From positions 1 through 64,000 of the forward strand of contig JANLPS010000176.1 in NCBI GenBank assembly GCA_031367385.1: 64,000 bases of DNA, read 5' to 3'. This document shows positions 17,657 through 26,584 of this stretch, piece by piece; position 1 is the stretch's first letter, and each line of letters starts with the position of its first letter. Below the pieces are notes generated by a model. The model saw only the letters and a program-made list of their open reading frames with translations. It did no database searches and was not told the origin of the DNA. A program made the position numbers and the translations under genes. The stretch comes from Archangium sp. GTDB lineage: Bacteria; Myxococcota; Myxococcia; Myxococcales; Myxococcaceae.

Positions 17657-19486
17657 ATGCGTTCAGCCCTGACCCGCTTGGCCCTTGGTACCTTGCTGAT
17701 TCTCACCGCGTGCCCAGGCGGAGGAGACTCGACGGATTCTGGGACGACCACCAAAGACGGCGGCAGCGGCGCGGTCAAAGACGGCGGCACGACGGGGACC
17801 ACCGACGCGGGCGGCATGGTTGGCAACGACGCGGGCACGACCTCCGGCGCCGACGCAGGCACGATGCCGGGCACCGACGCGGGCACCATGCCGGGCGCCG
17901 ACGCGGGCACCATGCCGGGCAACGACGCAGGCACCACGTCGGGCAACGACGCTGGCACCATGCCGGGCAACGACGCGGGCTCCATGCCGGGCAACGACGC
18001 GGGCTCCACGTCGGGCAACGACGCAGGCACCATGCCGGGCACCGACGCAGGCACCACGGCTGGTGATGCCGGCTTCATCATCGGCACCCGGGTCAGTCAC
18101 TTCGTCACCCCGACCGGAATCATCGATGTGCCCTTCGACCCCACGGTCGAACCCTTGGTGGCCTATGCCGTCAGCGGCACCACCTTCACTTCGCTGCCGG
18201 TGACCTACCTCGGCGACGGCGGCTTTCGCTTTTCGCGGCCCGCAGGCGCGTACTACCTCGGCGTGGAGAGCGGCTTCCCCTATTACGTGTACACCGACGC
18301 TCCTTCGATCGACCTCGGGTACTCCGTGCAGGGCCGGCCCAACACAGTGGCGCCCGACCCCAATTTGAGCGACCCCACACTGACGCTCAACGCGACGGGC
18401 CTGGCGAGCTTCGATTTCAACACCGACGGCTTCGGCCTCGCGTCTGACTCGGTGTACGAGACCGGGCTGGTCTTTCTCGACGACCCACAACCCGCACAAG
18501 GCGCGACCAGCCTCGTGAATCAGAGCGCGTCGTACTTCTCAGAGCTCGGCCAGGCCACGCTCGAAGCGGCCAAGGGCGACACCGCCACGATGACGCAGAG
18601 TCGCTCGGTGTACTCCGCGCAAGACGACGGCGGAGTGACCGAAGAGTACGCGAGCATCATCAGCGCGGGGGCCACTCCGGCAATCAGCCTCGCCCCAGGG
18701 CAGAACACCACCATCACGGCGGTCCTGAGCCCTTTGACGCAAAAGGCCTTCGCGGTCGATTGGCGACGCAGCGCATGGCAAGCACGTGCGACCGCGGCTC
18801 ACCCACAAGCGCGAATGATTTCGGCCTACCTCGAGGTCGTTGCCGTGCCTGGTGGCACCCTCAACCGTGGCTGGGTCGGCTACCTGGCCGAGCTGTTGAC
18901 CGCGAACGGCATGCACCACAGAGCCGATGGCGTGTATTCGATGCACTACGGCAACCCGAAGTCGACGTGGGCTGAGATGGCGTCGATCTCGGTGTACTAC
19001 GCCGTGCCGATTCAACTGCAGGGCGGGTCAGCCGGCACGGTGAGCGGTATTGCAGGGCTGAGCGACGCTCCGGCGACGTTCTCAGCTTCGCCGGTCACCC
19101 CGCTCATCATGCCGCCCGCGGAGCTGAAGGTCGACGGGCTGGGCGCGCAAGCGGGAGCAATCACCGCGGCGAGCACGACCCCTCTGCTCTCGTGGACGCC
19201 CACCGCCTCTGGCGCGGTCACCTACCGGGTTCGGGTTCGCGAGGTCTACGTCGACGGTTCGACCTCGGCAACCCGCAGCACCGGAGTCGGCGCGCTGGTG
19301 ATGAACCTCGCTGTTGGCAGCCAGGTTCGCGTGCCGACCGGCATGCTCCAATCAGGCAAGCACTACGTGTTTCTGGTCTCACAGGAAGCCAACAGTGTGC
19401 CCTTCGACTCGCGCACGGCGCCGTTCTACGACTGGAGCAGTGGCCGCAGCGCCGAAGCGATCAGCTCGATCGTCACCATGCCGTAG
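17657..19486 (+). CDS. Myxobacterial-type surface lipoprotein with a tandem-repeat stalk and a C-terminal Fn3-like domain
   Basis: Lipobox LTAC; GNDAGTMP repeats; TTPLLSWTP...VTYRV...VRVP.G.L.SGKHYVF motif. Confidence 0.8.
   Translation: MRSALTRLALGTLLILTACPGGGDSTDSGTTTKDGGSGAVKDGGTTGTTDAGGMVGNDAGTTSGADAGTMPGTDAGTMPGADAGTMPGNDAGTTSGNDAGTMPGNDAGSMPGNDAGSTSGNDAGTMPGTDAGTTAGDAGFIIGTRVSHFVTPTGIIDVPFDPTVEPLVAYAVSGTTFTSLPVTYLGDGGFRFSRPAGAYYLGVESGFPYYVYTDAPSIDLGYSVQGRPNTVAPDPNLSDPTLTLNATGLASFDFNTDGFGLASDSVYETGLVFLDDPQPAQGATSLVNQSASYFSELGQATLEAAKGDTATMTQSRSVYSAQDDGGVTEEYASIISAGATPAISLAPGQNTTITAVLSPLTQKAFAVDWRRSAWQARATAAHPQARMISAYLEVVAVPGGTLNRGWVGYLAELLTANGMHHRADGVYSMHYGNPKSTWAEMASISVYYAVPIQLQGGSAGTVSGIAGLSDAPATFSASPVTPLIMPPAELKVDGLGAQAGAITAASTTPLLSWTPTASGAVTYRVRVREVYVDGSTSATRSTGVGALVMNLAVGSQVRVPTGMLQSGKHYVFLVSQEANSVPFDSRTAPFYDWSSGRSAEAISSIVTMP
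17822..18061 (+). repeat. Coding tandem repeat, 10 x 24 bp
   Basis: Consensus ggcaacgacgcgggcaccatgccg encoding G[N/T/A]DAG[T/S][M/T][P/S]. Confidence 0.95.
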
Positions 19487-19501
19487 GCGGCGTGGCCTCG
19501 C

Positions 19502-19519
19502 CGAGGGGCAAGCCCCTCG
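19502..19519 (+). terminator. GC-rich hairpin after the lipoprotein gene
   Basis: cgagggg-caag-cccctcg, 15 nt after the stop; no U-tract. Confidence 0.4.
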
Positions 19520-19602
19520 TAGAATTCGAGATGGCAAAGACGAGCTGAGATCGCAGCCAAATTGTCAGCCCCACGGGCTGGTTCACCCTGCAAGGTGCTG
19601 CC

Positions 19603-20166
19603 TTGCGAGTGGCACTGCTCGTGCTGGTGCGGCTGATGACCTTGATCGAGCTCATCATCATGGGCGGCGCCATCTCTGGGTTTTTGGTTGGAGGCTCATA
19701 CGGGTACAGCCATGCCGGAGTCTGGGGCGCTGTGCTCGGATGCGTCGGGGGCGTCGTCGGGGGATGGGTGGCCGCAGCGTCACTCGCGCTGGCAGTTGTC
19801 TTACCAGCACTCGCAGCGAGCGCGGTGGGCGAGCTGTTCAGCAGACTTCGGCGCGCTCGGTTCTTCGGCCTTTACTGGGTCTCGTCGAATGCGGCCGAGT
19901 GGAACGCGGTGTACTGCCGCCTCAATTCCGGCCAAGAGATCAGCGGCATCGTGGTGCTCAAAAGCGGCTCAGAATGGGTCGTCGATATCGGTGTGGGTTT
20001 TCCTGCGGTGATCGATTCTCACGAGCACCCTGCGCTGAAGCTGAGCCTCGGCGAGCGATTCACCTGGCAAGTCGCTTCGTTCAGGCACAGAGAACGCGAA
20101 GTGGTGCTCGCCCCGGTCGTGACGGCGGAGTCAGCCCCCTTCGAGGCCTCTGAACGAGCGGATTGA
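19603..20166 (+). CDS. Membrane protein with a C-terminal S1/OB-fold-like domain (start uncertain)
   Basis: Gly-rich TM segments followed by W...L.SGQEISGIVV......VVDIG.GFPA.I...LSLGE....QV......REVVL. Confidence 0.55.
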   Translation: MRVALLVLVRLMTLIELIIMGGAISGFLVGGSYGYSHAGVWGAVLGCVGGVVGGWVAAASLALAVVLPALAASAVGELFSRLRRARFFGLYWVSSNAAEWNAVYCRLNSGQEISGIVVLKSGSEWVVDIGVGFPAVIDSHEHPALKLSLGERFTWQVASFRHREREVVLAPVVTAESAPFEASERAD

Positions 20167-20193
20167 GAGCAGACGGGTTAGGCATAGGCCTTC

Positions 20194-21354
20194 ATGGCTT
20201 CAGTGAAGGTGCTCAAAGGCATCTCCGATGTGACCGCCGCGCAGTGGAACGCCCTGTTGCCCCCAGGGTGCCCCCCCGTCATGCGCTGGGAGTGGCTCAA
20301 CGCGCTCGAGGCCTCGGGCAGCGCCACCGCCGAGCGCGGCTGGGAGCCCCAGCACCTCACCCTCTGGCGCGGCAAAGAGCTCATCGGCGCCGCGCCCGCC
20401 TGGCGCAAGTTTCACTCGATGGGCGAGTACGTCTACGACTTCGGCTGGGCCAACGCCGCGCAGTCAATGGGCGTCGAGTACTACCCGAAGTTTCTCATCG
20501 GCGTGCCGCTCTCGCCGCTCACCGCGCCCCGCTTTCTCGCCGCCGCAACCGAGTCGCTGGCTGAGGTGCGAAGCACCCTGCTCACCGCGGCCATCGACCT
20601 CGCCCAAGATTCTGGCTGCTCGTCGGTGCACGTCATTTTCCCCGATGGCCCCGAGGCGGAGGCGCTGGTCAACGCCGGCCTGCATCAACGCTCGAGCATG
20701 CAGTATCACTGGAAGAACCCGGGCTACCGCGACTACGACGACTACCTCTCGCGCTTCGACTCGAAGCGGCGCAACCAGCTCAAGCGCGAAGCCGGAGCCG
20801 CCTCGAAACAAGGCATTACCCTGCGCACCGTTCGCAGCCAGGAGCTCACCAAGGTGCACGCCGAGCACGCCTGGCGCTTTTACGAGCACACCGCGGGGCG
20901 GCACTCGTGGGGCCCGGTGCAGTTGACCCGCGATTTCTTTCACCGCGCCTTCGCCTCGATGCCCGACGCGATTGAGCTCGTGGTGGCCGAGAAAGACCAG
21001 CGCGTCATCGCCGGCGCCTTCAACCTGCATACCCCGACTCGGCTCTACGGCCGGTATTGGGGCTGCTTCGAAGAGCACCCGTTTCTGCACTTCAACGTCT
21101 GCCTCTACCACTCGGTCGCCGACTGCATCGCGGCCGGCCGGCAGGTCTTCGAGCCCGGCGCGGGCGGAGAGCACAAGATTTCGCGCGGCTTCGAGCCCAC
21201 CCGCATTCACTCGGTGCACCGCATCTTCAACAAGCGCCTCGACGCGGCGGTGCACGACTTTTGCCGTCGAGAGGCCCTCGAGGTCACCCGCATCACCTCA
21301 GAATCAGAGGTTATTTCGGGTCTCAAGCCCTGGGTGCCCCCAGTCGCAACCTGA
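20194..21354 (+). CDS. GNAT-fold FemAB-like (peptidoglycan biosynthesis/recognition family) protein
   Basis: HSMGEYVYDFGWA, YYPK..IGVP, LYGRYWG, LHFNVCLY, FEPGAGGEHKISRGF. Confidence 0.92.
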   Translation: MASVKVLKGISDVTAAQWNALLPPGCPPVMRWEWLNALEASGSATAERGWEPQHLTLWRGKELIGAAPAWRKFHSMGEYVYDFGWANAAQSMGVEYYPKFLIGVPLSPLTAPRFLAAATESLAEVRSTLLTAAIDLAQDSGCSSVHVIFPDGPEAEALVNAGLHQRSSMQYHWKNPGYRDYDDYLSRFDSKRRNQLKREAGAASKQGITLRTVRSQELTKVHAEHAWRFYEHTAGRHSWGPVQLTRDFFHRAFASMPDAIELVVAEKDQRVIAGAFNLHTPTRLYGRYWGCFEEHPFLHFNVCLYHSVADCIAAGRQVFEPGAGGEHKISRGFEPTRIHSVHRIFNKRLDAAVHDFCRREALEVTRITSESEVISGLKPWVPPVAT

Positions 21355-21386
21355 CTTCTGCGAAGGCTCTGCTAAGTCTGGCCCCG

Positions 21387-21962
21387 ATGCGTCGCGCGAT
21401 GTTCGCAACCAGCCTCATCGCTTTGGGTGCCTGTGGAGGCCTCCCTGCGCTCGCTTCGAACACCTTCGAGAGTGACGAGGGCGGTTGGCTGCTGAGCGGC
21501 AACGGCGACACGACCGGGCCGGTGTTGATGCGCGAGGGCGGTAACCCCGGCGGCCACATCTGCGGCAAAGACGCGAAAGATGGAGACACCTGGTACTTCG
21601 TCGCTCCGGCCAAGTACCTGGGCAACGCGACCGCGGTCTACGGCAAGCGCCTGATCTGGGACCTCAAGCAAGACAAGATCTTCAACCAGATTCGCGGCCG
21701 CGACGTGGTGCTCAACGGCGGCGGGCTGGCGCTGACGTTGAACACTCGCTCAGCGCCAGGCACTGATTGGACTCCGTACTCGGTCACCATCGACGACACC
21801 TCGGGGTGGCTCAACGAGAACAATGGCGTCGGGGTCGCGGCGACCGAGGCAGACATCAAGTCGGCCTTGCGAAACCTCACCTCGCTGCGCATTCGAGGCG
21901 AGTACTACGACGGGCCCAATGACACGGCCTGCCTCGACAACGTCTACTTCGGTACGCCGTAA
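21387..21962 (+). CDS. Laminin B (domain IV)-like lipoprotein
   Basis: Lipobox LGAC; WYFVAPAKYLGN....YG..L, LRNLTSLRIRGEY, LDNV. Confidence 0.8.
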   Translation: MRRAMFATSLIALGACGGLPALASNTFESDEGGWLLSGNGDTTGPVLMREGGNPGGHICGKDAKDGDTWYFVAPAKYLGNATAVYGKRLIWDLKQDKIFNQIRGRDVVLNGGGLALTLNTRSAPGTDWTPYSVTIDDTSGWLNENNGVGVAATEADIKSALRNLTSLRIRGEYYDGPNDTACLDNVYFGTP

Positions 21963-21963
21963 G

Positions 21964-22275
21964 GTGGGCAGCTCGTGCACTCTGTGTGGCGCGTGCTGCG
22001 TGGCCCCCGACATCGCCGCGCTCGACAAGCCGCTCGGGCTCCGCTGCCCGCACCTGGCGCCCGACTTGAAGTGCAAGGTCTATGAGAACCGCCCCGCCGT
22101 GTGCCGCAGCTACCAGGCCGACGAGGTGTGCGAGCAGATTGCGGCTCCGAGCCTCGAGGAGCGCGTGAAAAAGTACCTGGCACTTTTCGAGCTCGAGGCT
22201 GAGGCCGCGACCGTCAAGGCCAGCGGGCAGACCTCGATGCGCCAAAAGTCACTCACCTTCAGAACCGCGCGTTGA
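21964..22275 (+). CDS. YkgJ-family cysteine-cluster protein
   Basis: CTLCGACC...CPHL....C.VYENRPAVCR.Y; GTG start 1 nt after the upstream stop. Confidence 0.88.
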   Translation: MGSSCTLCGACCVAPDIAALDKPLGLRCPHLAPDLKCKVYENRPAVCRSYQADEVCEQIAAPSLEERVKKYLALFELEAEAATVKASGQTSMRQKSLTFRTAR

Positions 22276-22726
22276 CGAAGGGGAAGAACGGGAGCGGGCT
22301 CTTGGTGTTGAAGTTGAGCACCCCGAGCTGCACGCCGCGAAAATCTTCACCGGTGTTCACCACGCCGATTTGCACGCCGTACCCCTCGCGCGTCTCGTTG
22401 TAGAGGCCGATTTGCAGCCCGCGCAGCACCCGGGTCGCGTTGAGCAGCCCGACCTGAACGCCAGTCACGGTGGTGTTCGACCAGAGCGCGAAAGCCAGGT
22501 TGACCAGCCCCACTTCGAGCCCGGTGACGTTTTCAGCCGCGTTGACGAGGCCCAGGTCGAGGCCGGTGACCGAGCGGCTCACCCCCAGGCCCAGACTGAT
22601 TCGCAACCCGTACACATCGGTTCTGTCATCGAAGAGCTGCACCGTTGGCCACACCGCGAGCTCGAGCACCGTCCACGGGTGGGGCTCGAAGGCCGTCATC
22701 ACCGCGGTCAGCACGATGCCGAGCAT
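22259..22726 (-). CDS. LA_2272-like surface repeat protein
   Basis: Repeated GxQxGLxN units; C-terminal FFPFVNARF. Confidence 0.75.
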   Translation of the reverse strand: MLGIVLTAVMTAFEPHPWTVLELAVWPTVQLFDDRTDVYGLRISLGLGVSRSVTGLDLGLVNAAENVTGLEVGLVNLAFALWSNTTVTGVQVGLLNATRVLRGLQIGLYNETREGYGVQIGVVNTGEDFRGVQLGVLNFNTKSPLPFFPFVNARF

Positions 22727-22734
22727 GGCGGGCC

Positions 22735-23850
22735 TTAGACCTCGAAGCTGCGCAGCTGATCTCGAAACGCCTCGAACACCACCGCGACCCGCTGGGGCGG
22801 CAGCTCATCGACCGGGTCTTTTCGCAGCACCCGCAAGAAGCTGTCGAACTTCTCATCGCGGCCGCGCAACTTCTCGGCGGTGCCCGCGGCTGATGACAGC
22901 GGCAGGCTCGCGCCCCCGGTGTCGAGCTGCATGTGCAAGAGCACCTGCTCGAGCTTCATCGTCAGCTCGGCCCACACCATGCGGTCATGCGACGAGAGCA
23001 TCACCAGGCTCATCTCGGCGGCGAGCTCACCCAGGCTCGACATCACCGGCTCGACCAGTGGCGGCAGCAGCGAGGTGGGCATCTGCCCGCGAGCGATCAG
23101 CTTCTTGAGCTCGCGCTTGGCGACGATCATCTGGCGTTTCGGCTCGGCGCGAACGTGTCTCCAGCCCGGCATCGAGGTGAACAGCTCGAAGTCGGTCAAC
23201 AACGCCTGCGCGGTCTTGAGCCCGTCGGTCTTGCCGTACTCGAGGCGCGCGGTGACCGAGCGCCGCAGGTCGGCGACGCTGGTTCGGTAGATCAATGCCC
23301 GCTGCACCTCTTTGAGCGCTCCCGGCACGACCTCTTCACGGCGCACGACCGAGTTGGCGGCGGCCGAGAGGTACACCGCGTCACCCACCCGCTTGCGAAA
23401 CTCTTCGCGCATGCGCTGCAGCTCACCCAAGAGCGCCCACGGGTTTGCCACCAGCTCGGGCCTGCGCAGCAGCGAGCCCACCTGCGCGACGTCTTTCTTC
23501 AAGTGCATGGCGACCGCGCGAAAGACCAACGCCGACTCGGCTTCGGCCCGGTCGTCGGAGGTCTCGGCCGAGAAGACGCCAGAGCGCGTGGTGTGCTCGG
23601 GGAACTCCTCGTCGATGACGTCGCAGACGGTGTTGACCTGCAACACGGTGTCGCGAACGGCGGGCGCCATTTGCTCCCACAACGAGAGATCGGCGCTGCC
23701 TTCGTCGGGCGGCTCGAGCGAGATGAGGTTGATCGACGCCAGCTGTTCGATCGCCGCGGCGACGGCGTTGTGAACGCGTTGAAGCCGCCCAGCCAGCTGC
23801 TGGTCGATGATCGCTTCGAGAACTTGCTGCAGTCGCTTGGGGAGCTCCAC
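22735..23850 (-). CDS. Hypothetical alpha-helical cytoplasmic protein
   Basis: 371-aa ORF with GC3-biased codons, tightly packed in an operon. Confidence 0.75.
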   Translation of the reverse strand: MELPKRLQQVLEAIIDQQLAGRLQRVHNAVAAAIEQLASINLISLEPPDEGSADLSLWEQMAPAVRDTVLQVNTVCDVIDEEFPEHTTRSGVFSAETSDDRAEAESALVFRAVAMHLKKDVAQVGSLLRRPELVANPWALLGELQRMREEFRKRVGDAVYLSAAANSVVRREEVVPGALKEVQRALIYRTSVADLRRSVTARLEYGKTDGLKTAQALLTDFELFTSMPGWRHVRAEPKRQMIVAKRELKKLIARGQMPTSLLPPLVEPVMSSLGELAAEMSLVMLSSHDRMVWAELTMKLEQVLLHMQLDTGGASLPLSSAAGTAEKLRGRDEKFDSFLRVLRKDPVDELPPQRVAVVFEAFRDQLRSFEV

Positions 23851-23856
23851 GAGGAG

Positions 23857-25101
23857 CTACTTCGTACCGTACCAATTGCTCGCGGGGAAGGAACCGAGTG
23901 CCCCGGTTACGAAGCCGTTCGACATTTCGCCGGTCACAGACCCCCGGGCGTTCGGCAGCCCCAGGGCGTCGGCGACACTGTTGGCGTCGAGGTCGTAGAT
24001 GGTGGCCTTCTGTTGGGTGAGCTTGGCACCCCCCAGCCCCGAGGCCAGCTCGAAGCTCTTGGCGAAGTCTTTGGCGGCCTCTTCGCAGAGCAATTTGTTG
24101 GCGACGCCCAAATTGCTGCAGAGCACCAAATCGAGCAATTCACCCACGTCGTGGGCCTTCTGCCCGGAGGCGGCGGTGATGACCACATTGAGCATGTTGA
24201 CGATGAGCTTGTTGACGTCGAACTCGATCGACCGGGGCCCCAAGAAGACCTCCGTGGCACTGCGGGTGCCTCCGAAGGCGGGCACGGTGACGGTGATCTT
24301 GCCGTTCGCGCCGAGCTCGGGGGCGTTCATCACGTTCAAGCTCTGGCCGTTGTAGTCCATCCACATCTCGGTGACGGTCTCGGCGGCGTAGAGCTTGGCG
24401 TTGAGGTTCTCGGCGAGCTGCATCGAGCCCTTGATGCGCACCGGCTTGTTGCCGAAGCGAAAGGCGTCGCTCATCACGGTGATCAGCTGAGAGACCCACG
24501 CCGGCGCGTGAATGTTCTGGCCGATGAGGTTGACTACGTAGCACATCAACTTGCCCTCGGGCGTCGACTGGCTGGTGCACGAGGCGCCCTGCCCGCTGAG
24601 CAAGCCGTTGAGCAGGTCGAGCAGCTTGAGCACGCCGCCAGCGCTGTTGGCGAACTCGTGAATATCGAGCTCGTAGTAGGTCGCGTACTTGCCCTGCACC
24701 GAGGTCTGAAAGCTGCTGGTGCAGTTGGTGCCGACGCATGGCTGCATCTCGCAGATGCCGTTGTTGCATTGTTGACCCGAGGCACAGCCTTGCGGGCAGG
24801 TCACCGCGCAGGTGTTGGTGCCGACGTCGCAGGCGTTGATGGCCAGCTCACCGCCGGTGTTGATGCAGCGCTTGCCGCTGGGGCAGTCGCAGTCAGAGGC
24901 ACACCAGTTGGCACCGGTGAAGATCATGCCTCCGTCGGCCTTGGGCGGGGTGACGATGACTTTGCCCGCGTCGGGGGTGGCAGCGCGGCCGGCATCGGCG
25001 GCTTCGGTAACATCTTCAGAGACGCGAATCAGCGAGGCTTCGCCGCACTGGCAGCCGCTGAGCGCGACCGCGACAACTGACAAGGCGAGGGAGCGGATCA
25101 T
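23857..25101 (-). CDS. Cys-rich hypothetical lipoprotein
   Basis: Lipobox LSGC(QC); DAG linker; CASDCDCPSGKRC Cys-rich module. Confidence 0.8.
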   Translation of the reverse strand: MIRSLALSVVAVALSGCQCGEASLIRVSEDVTEAADAGRAATPDAGKVIVTPPKADGGMIFTGANWCASDCDCPSGKRCINTGGELAINACDVGTNTCAVTCPQGCASGQQCNNGICEMQPCVGTNCTSSFQTSVQGKYATYYELDIHEFANSAGGVLKLLDLLNGLLSGQGASCTSQSTPEGKLMCYVVNLIGQNIHAPAWVSQLITVMSDAFRFGNKPVRIKGSMQLAENLNAKLYAAETVTEMWMDYNGQSLNVMNAPELGANGKITVTVPAFGGTRSATEVFLGPRSIEFDVNKLIVNMLNVVITAASGQKAHDVGELLDLVLCSNLGVANKLLCEEAAKDFAKSFELASGLGGAKLTQQKATIYDLDANSVADALGLPNARGSVTGEMSNGFVTGALGSFPASNWYGTK

Positions 25102-25261
25102 GAGAGCCTTCAGACAAGAGCAACCGGTGTACCGCCAGCCGCCACGAGGGCATCTCACTGGTACCCTGTAAACCCACCTCACACGGCCAAAGCGCAACTG
25201 GCCGGCCGAAAGGTGCACAGCTGCCCTCTGGTGTTTTTCTCAGTTCGCGAGAGAAAAAAAT

Positions 25262-25659
<398 letters not shown>

Positions 25660-26584
25660 GGGAGAGGCGGTTAGCACAGTGATGTCGTCGAACCAATGCT
25701 CGATGGCGGCCCATGATTCTTCGTGCAGGAGCACGTCGATGTGCTGCACCCCGGTCAGGGTGACGAGCTGGGCGCGACCGGTGAGGTTCTTGCGAATTCG
25801 GTGGCTGTGCCCCGGCGCGATGTAGGGGTCGTCTGAACCGTGTAGCAGCAGCGCCGGCACGTGAATGTCGAGGGCGTCTCGGGCGGGGTTGACGTCGTCG
25901 ATGTGAAAACCAGCGCGGGTCTCGGCGTCTTGAACGGCGGCGGCGAGGGTGCCAGGGCTCATGAAGAAGGGGGTGTGATCGGCGACGATGGTGCGCAGGT
26001 CTGAAAACGAGGCGGCCGCGACGACTCCGGCGATGCGGGGGTCTCGGGCGGCGGCCTCGAGCGCCACCGCGGCGCCCATCGATTCGCCGATGACGTACAC
26101 CGGCAGGTTCGCAGGGGCGTAGCGGTCGAGGGCCAGCTGCAGGTCGGGCACTTCTTTGACGCCGAAGGTGCACCACTGGCCTTCTGAGCGCCCGTGCGCG
26201 CGTTGGTCGTAGGCGAGCACGGTGTAGCCGCGGGAGGTGAAGCGAACCGCGTCGCCAGCGAAGTGGCCCCGGTTGGCATCTTTGCCGTGAAGAAAGACGA
26301 CGAGCCCCTTCGAGGGCCCGGGGGGCTCGAACAGCCACCCTTCGAGGGCCAGCCCATCAGCGGTGATGAAACGAATGTCTTGGTGAGGGGCCGAAGGAGC
26401 GCCCACCATCGGCATGCGAAAGGGGCTGATCAGTGAGCGAACCGCGAGCTCGCGGGGAGCCCCGCAGCTGGCGAGAACGAGGAGGACGAGGCAGAGAAGT
26501 GAGCGCACGGCGCGGGCGCTGAGCAGAGACTGGGCCATCGCCAAGTGTCTCAGAATACTCGGGCGTGTGCGCAGCGTTGTGCGC

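Noticed and set aside
17822..18061. CRISPR array
   Set aside because: Contiguous in-frame coding repeats without unique spacers; no cas genes
19520..19548. TAGAAT followed by mini-ORF MAKTS
   Set aside because: Too short to support; may be a relic gene start
22933..25080. Long + strand ORF (715 aa), and likewise 36590..38347 +, 44859..46406 + and 57662..59314 -
   Set aside because: Antisense shadows of well-supported genes, expected in high-GC DNA; no recognisable motifs
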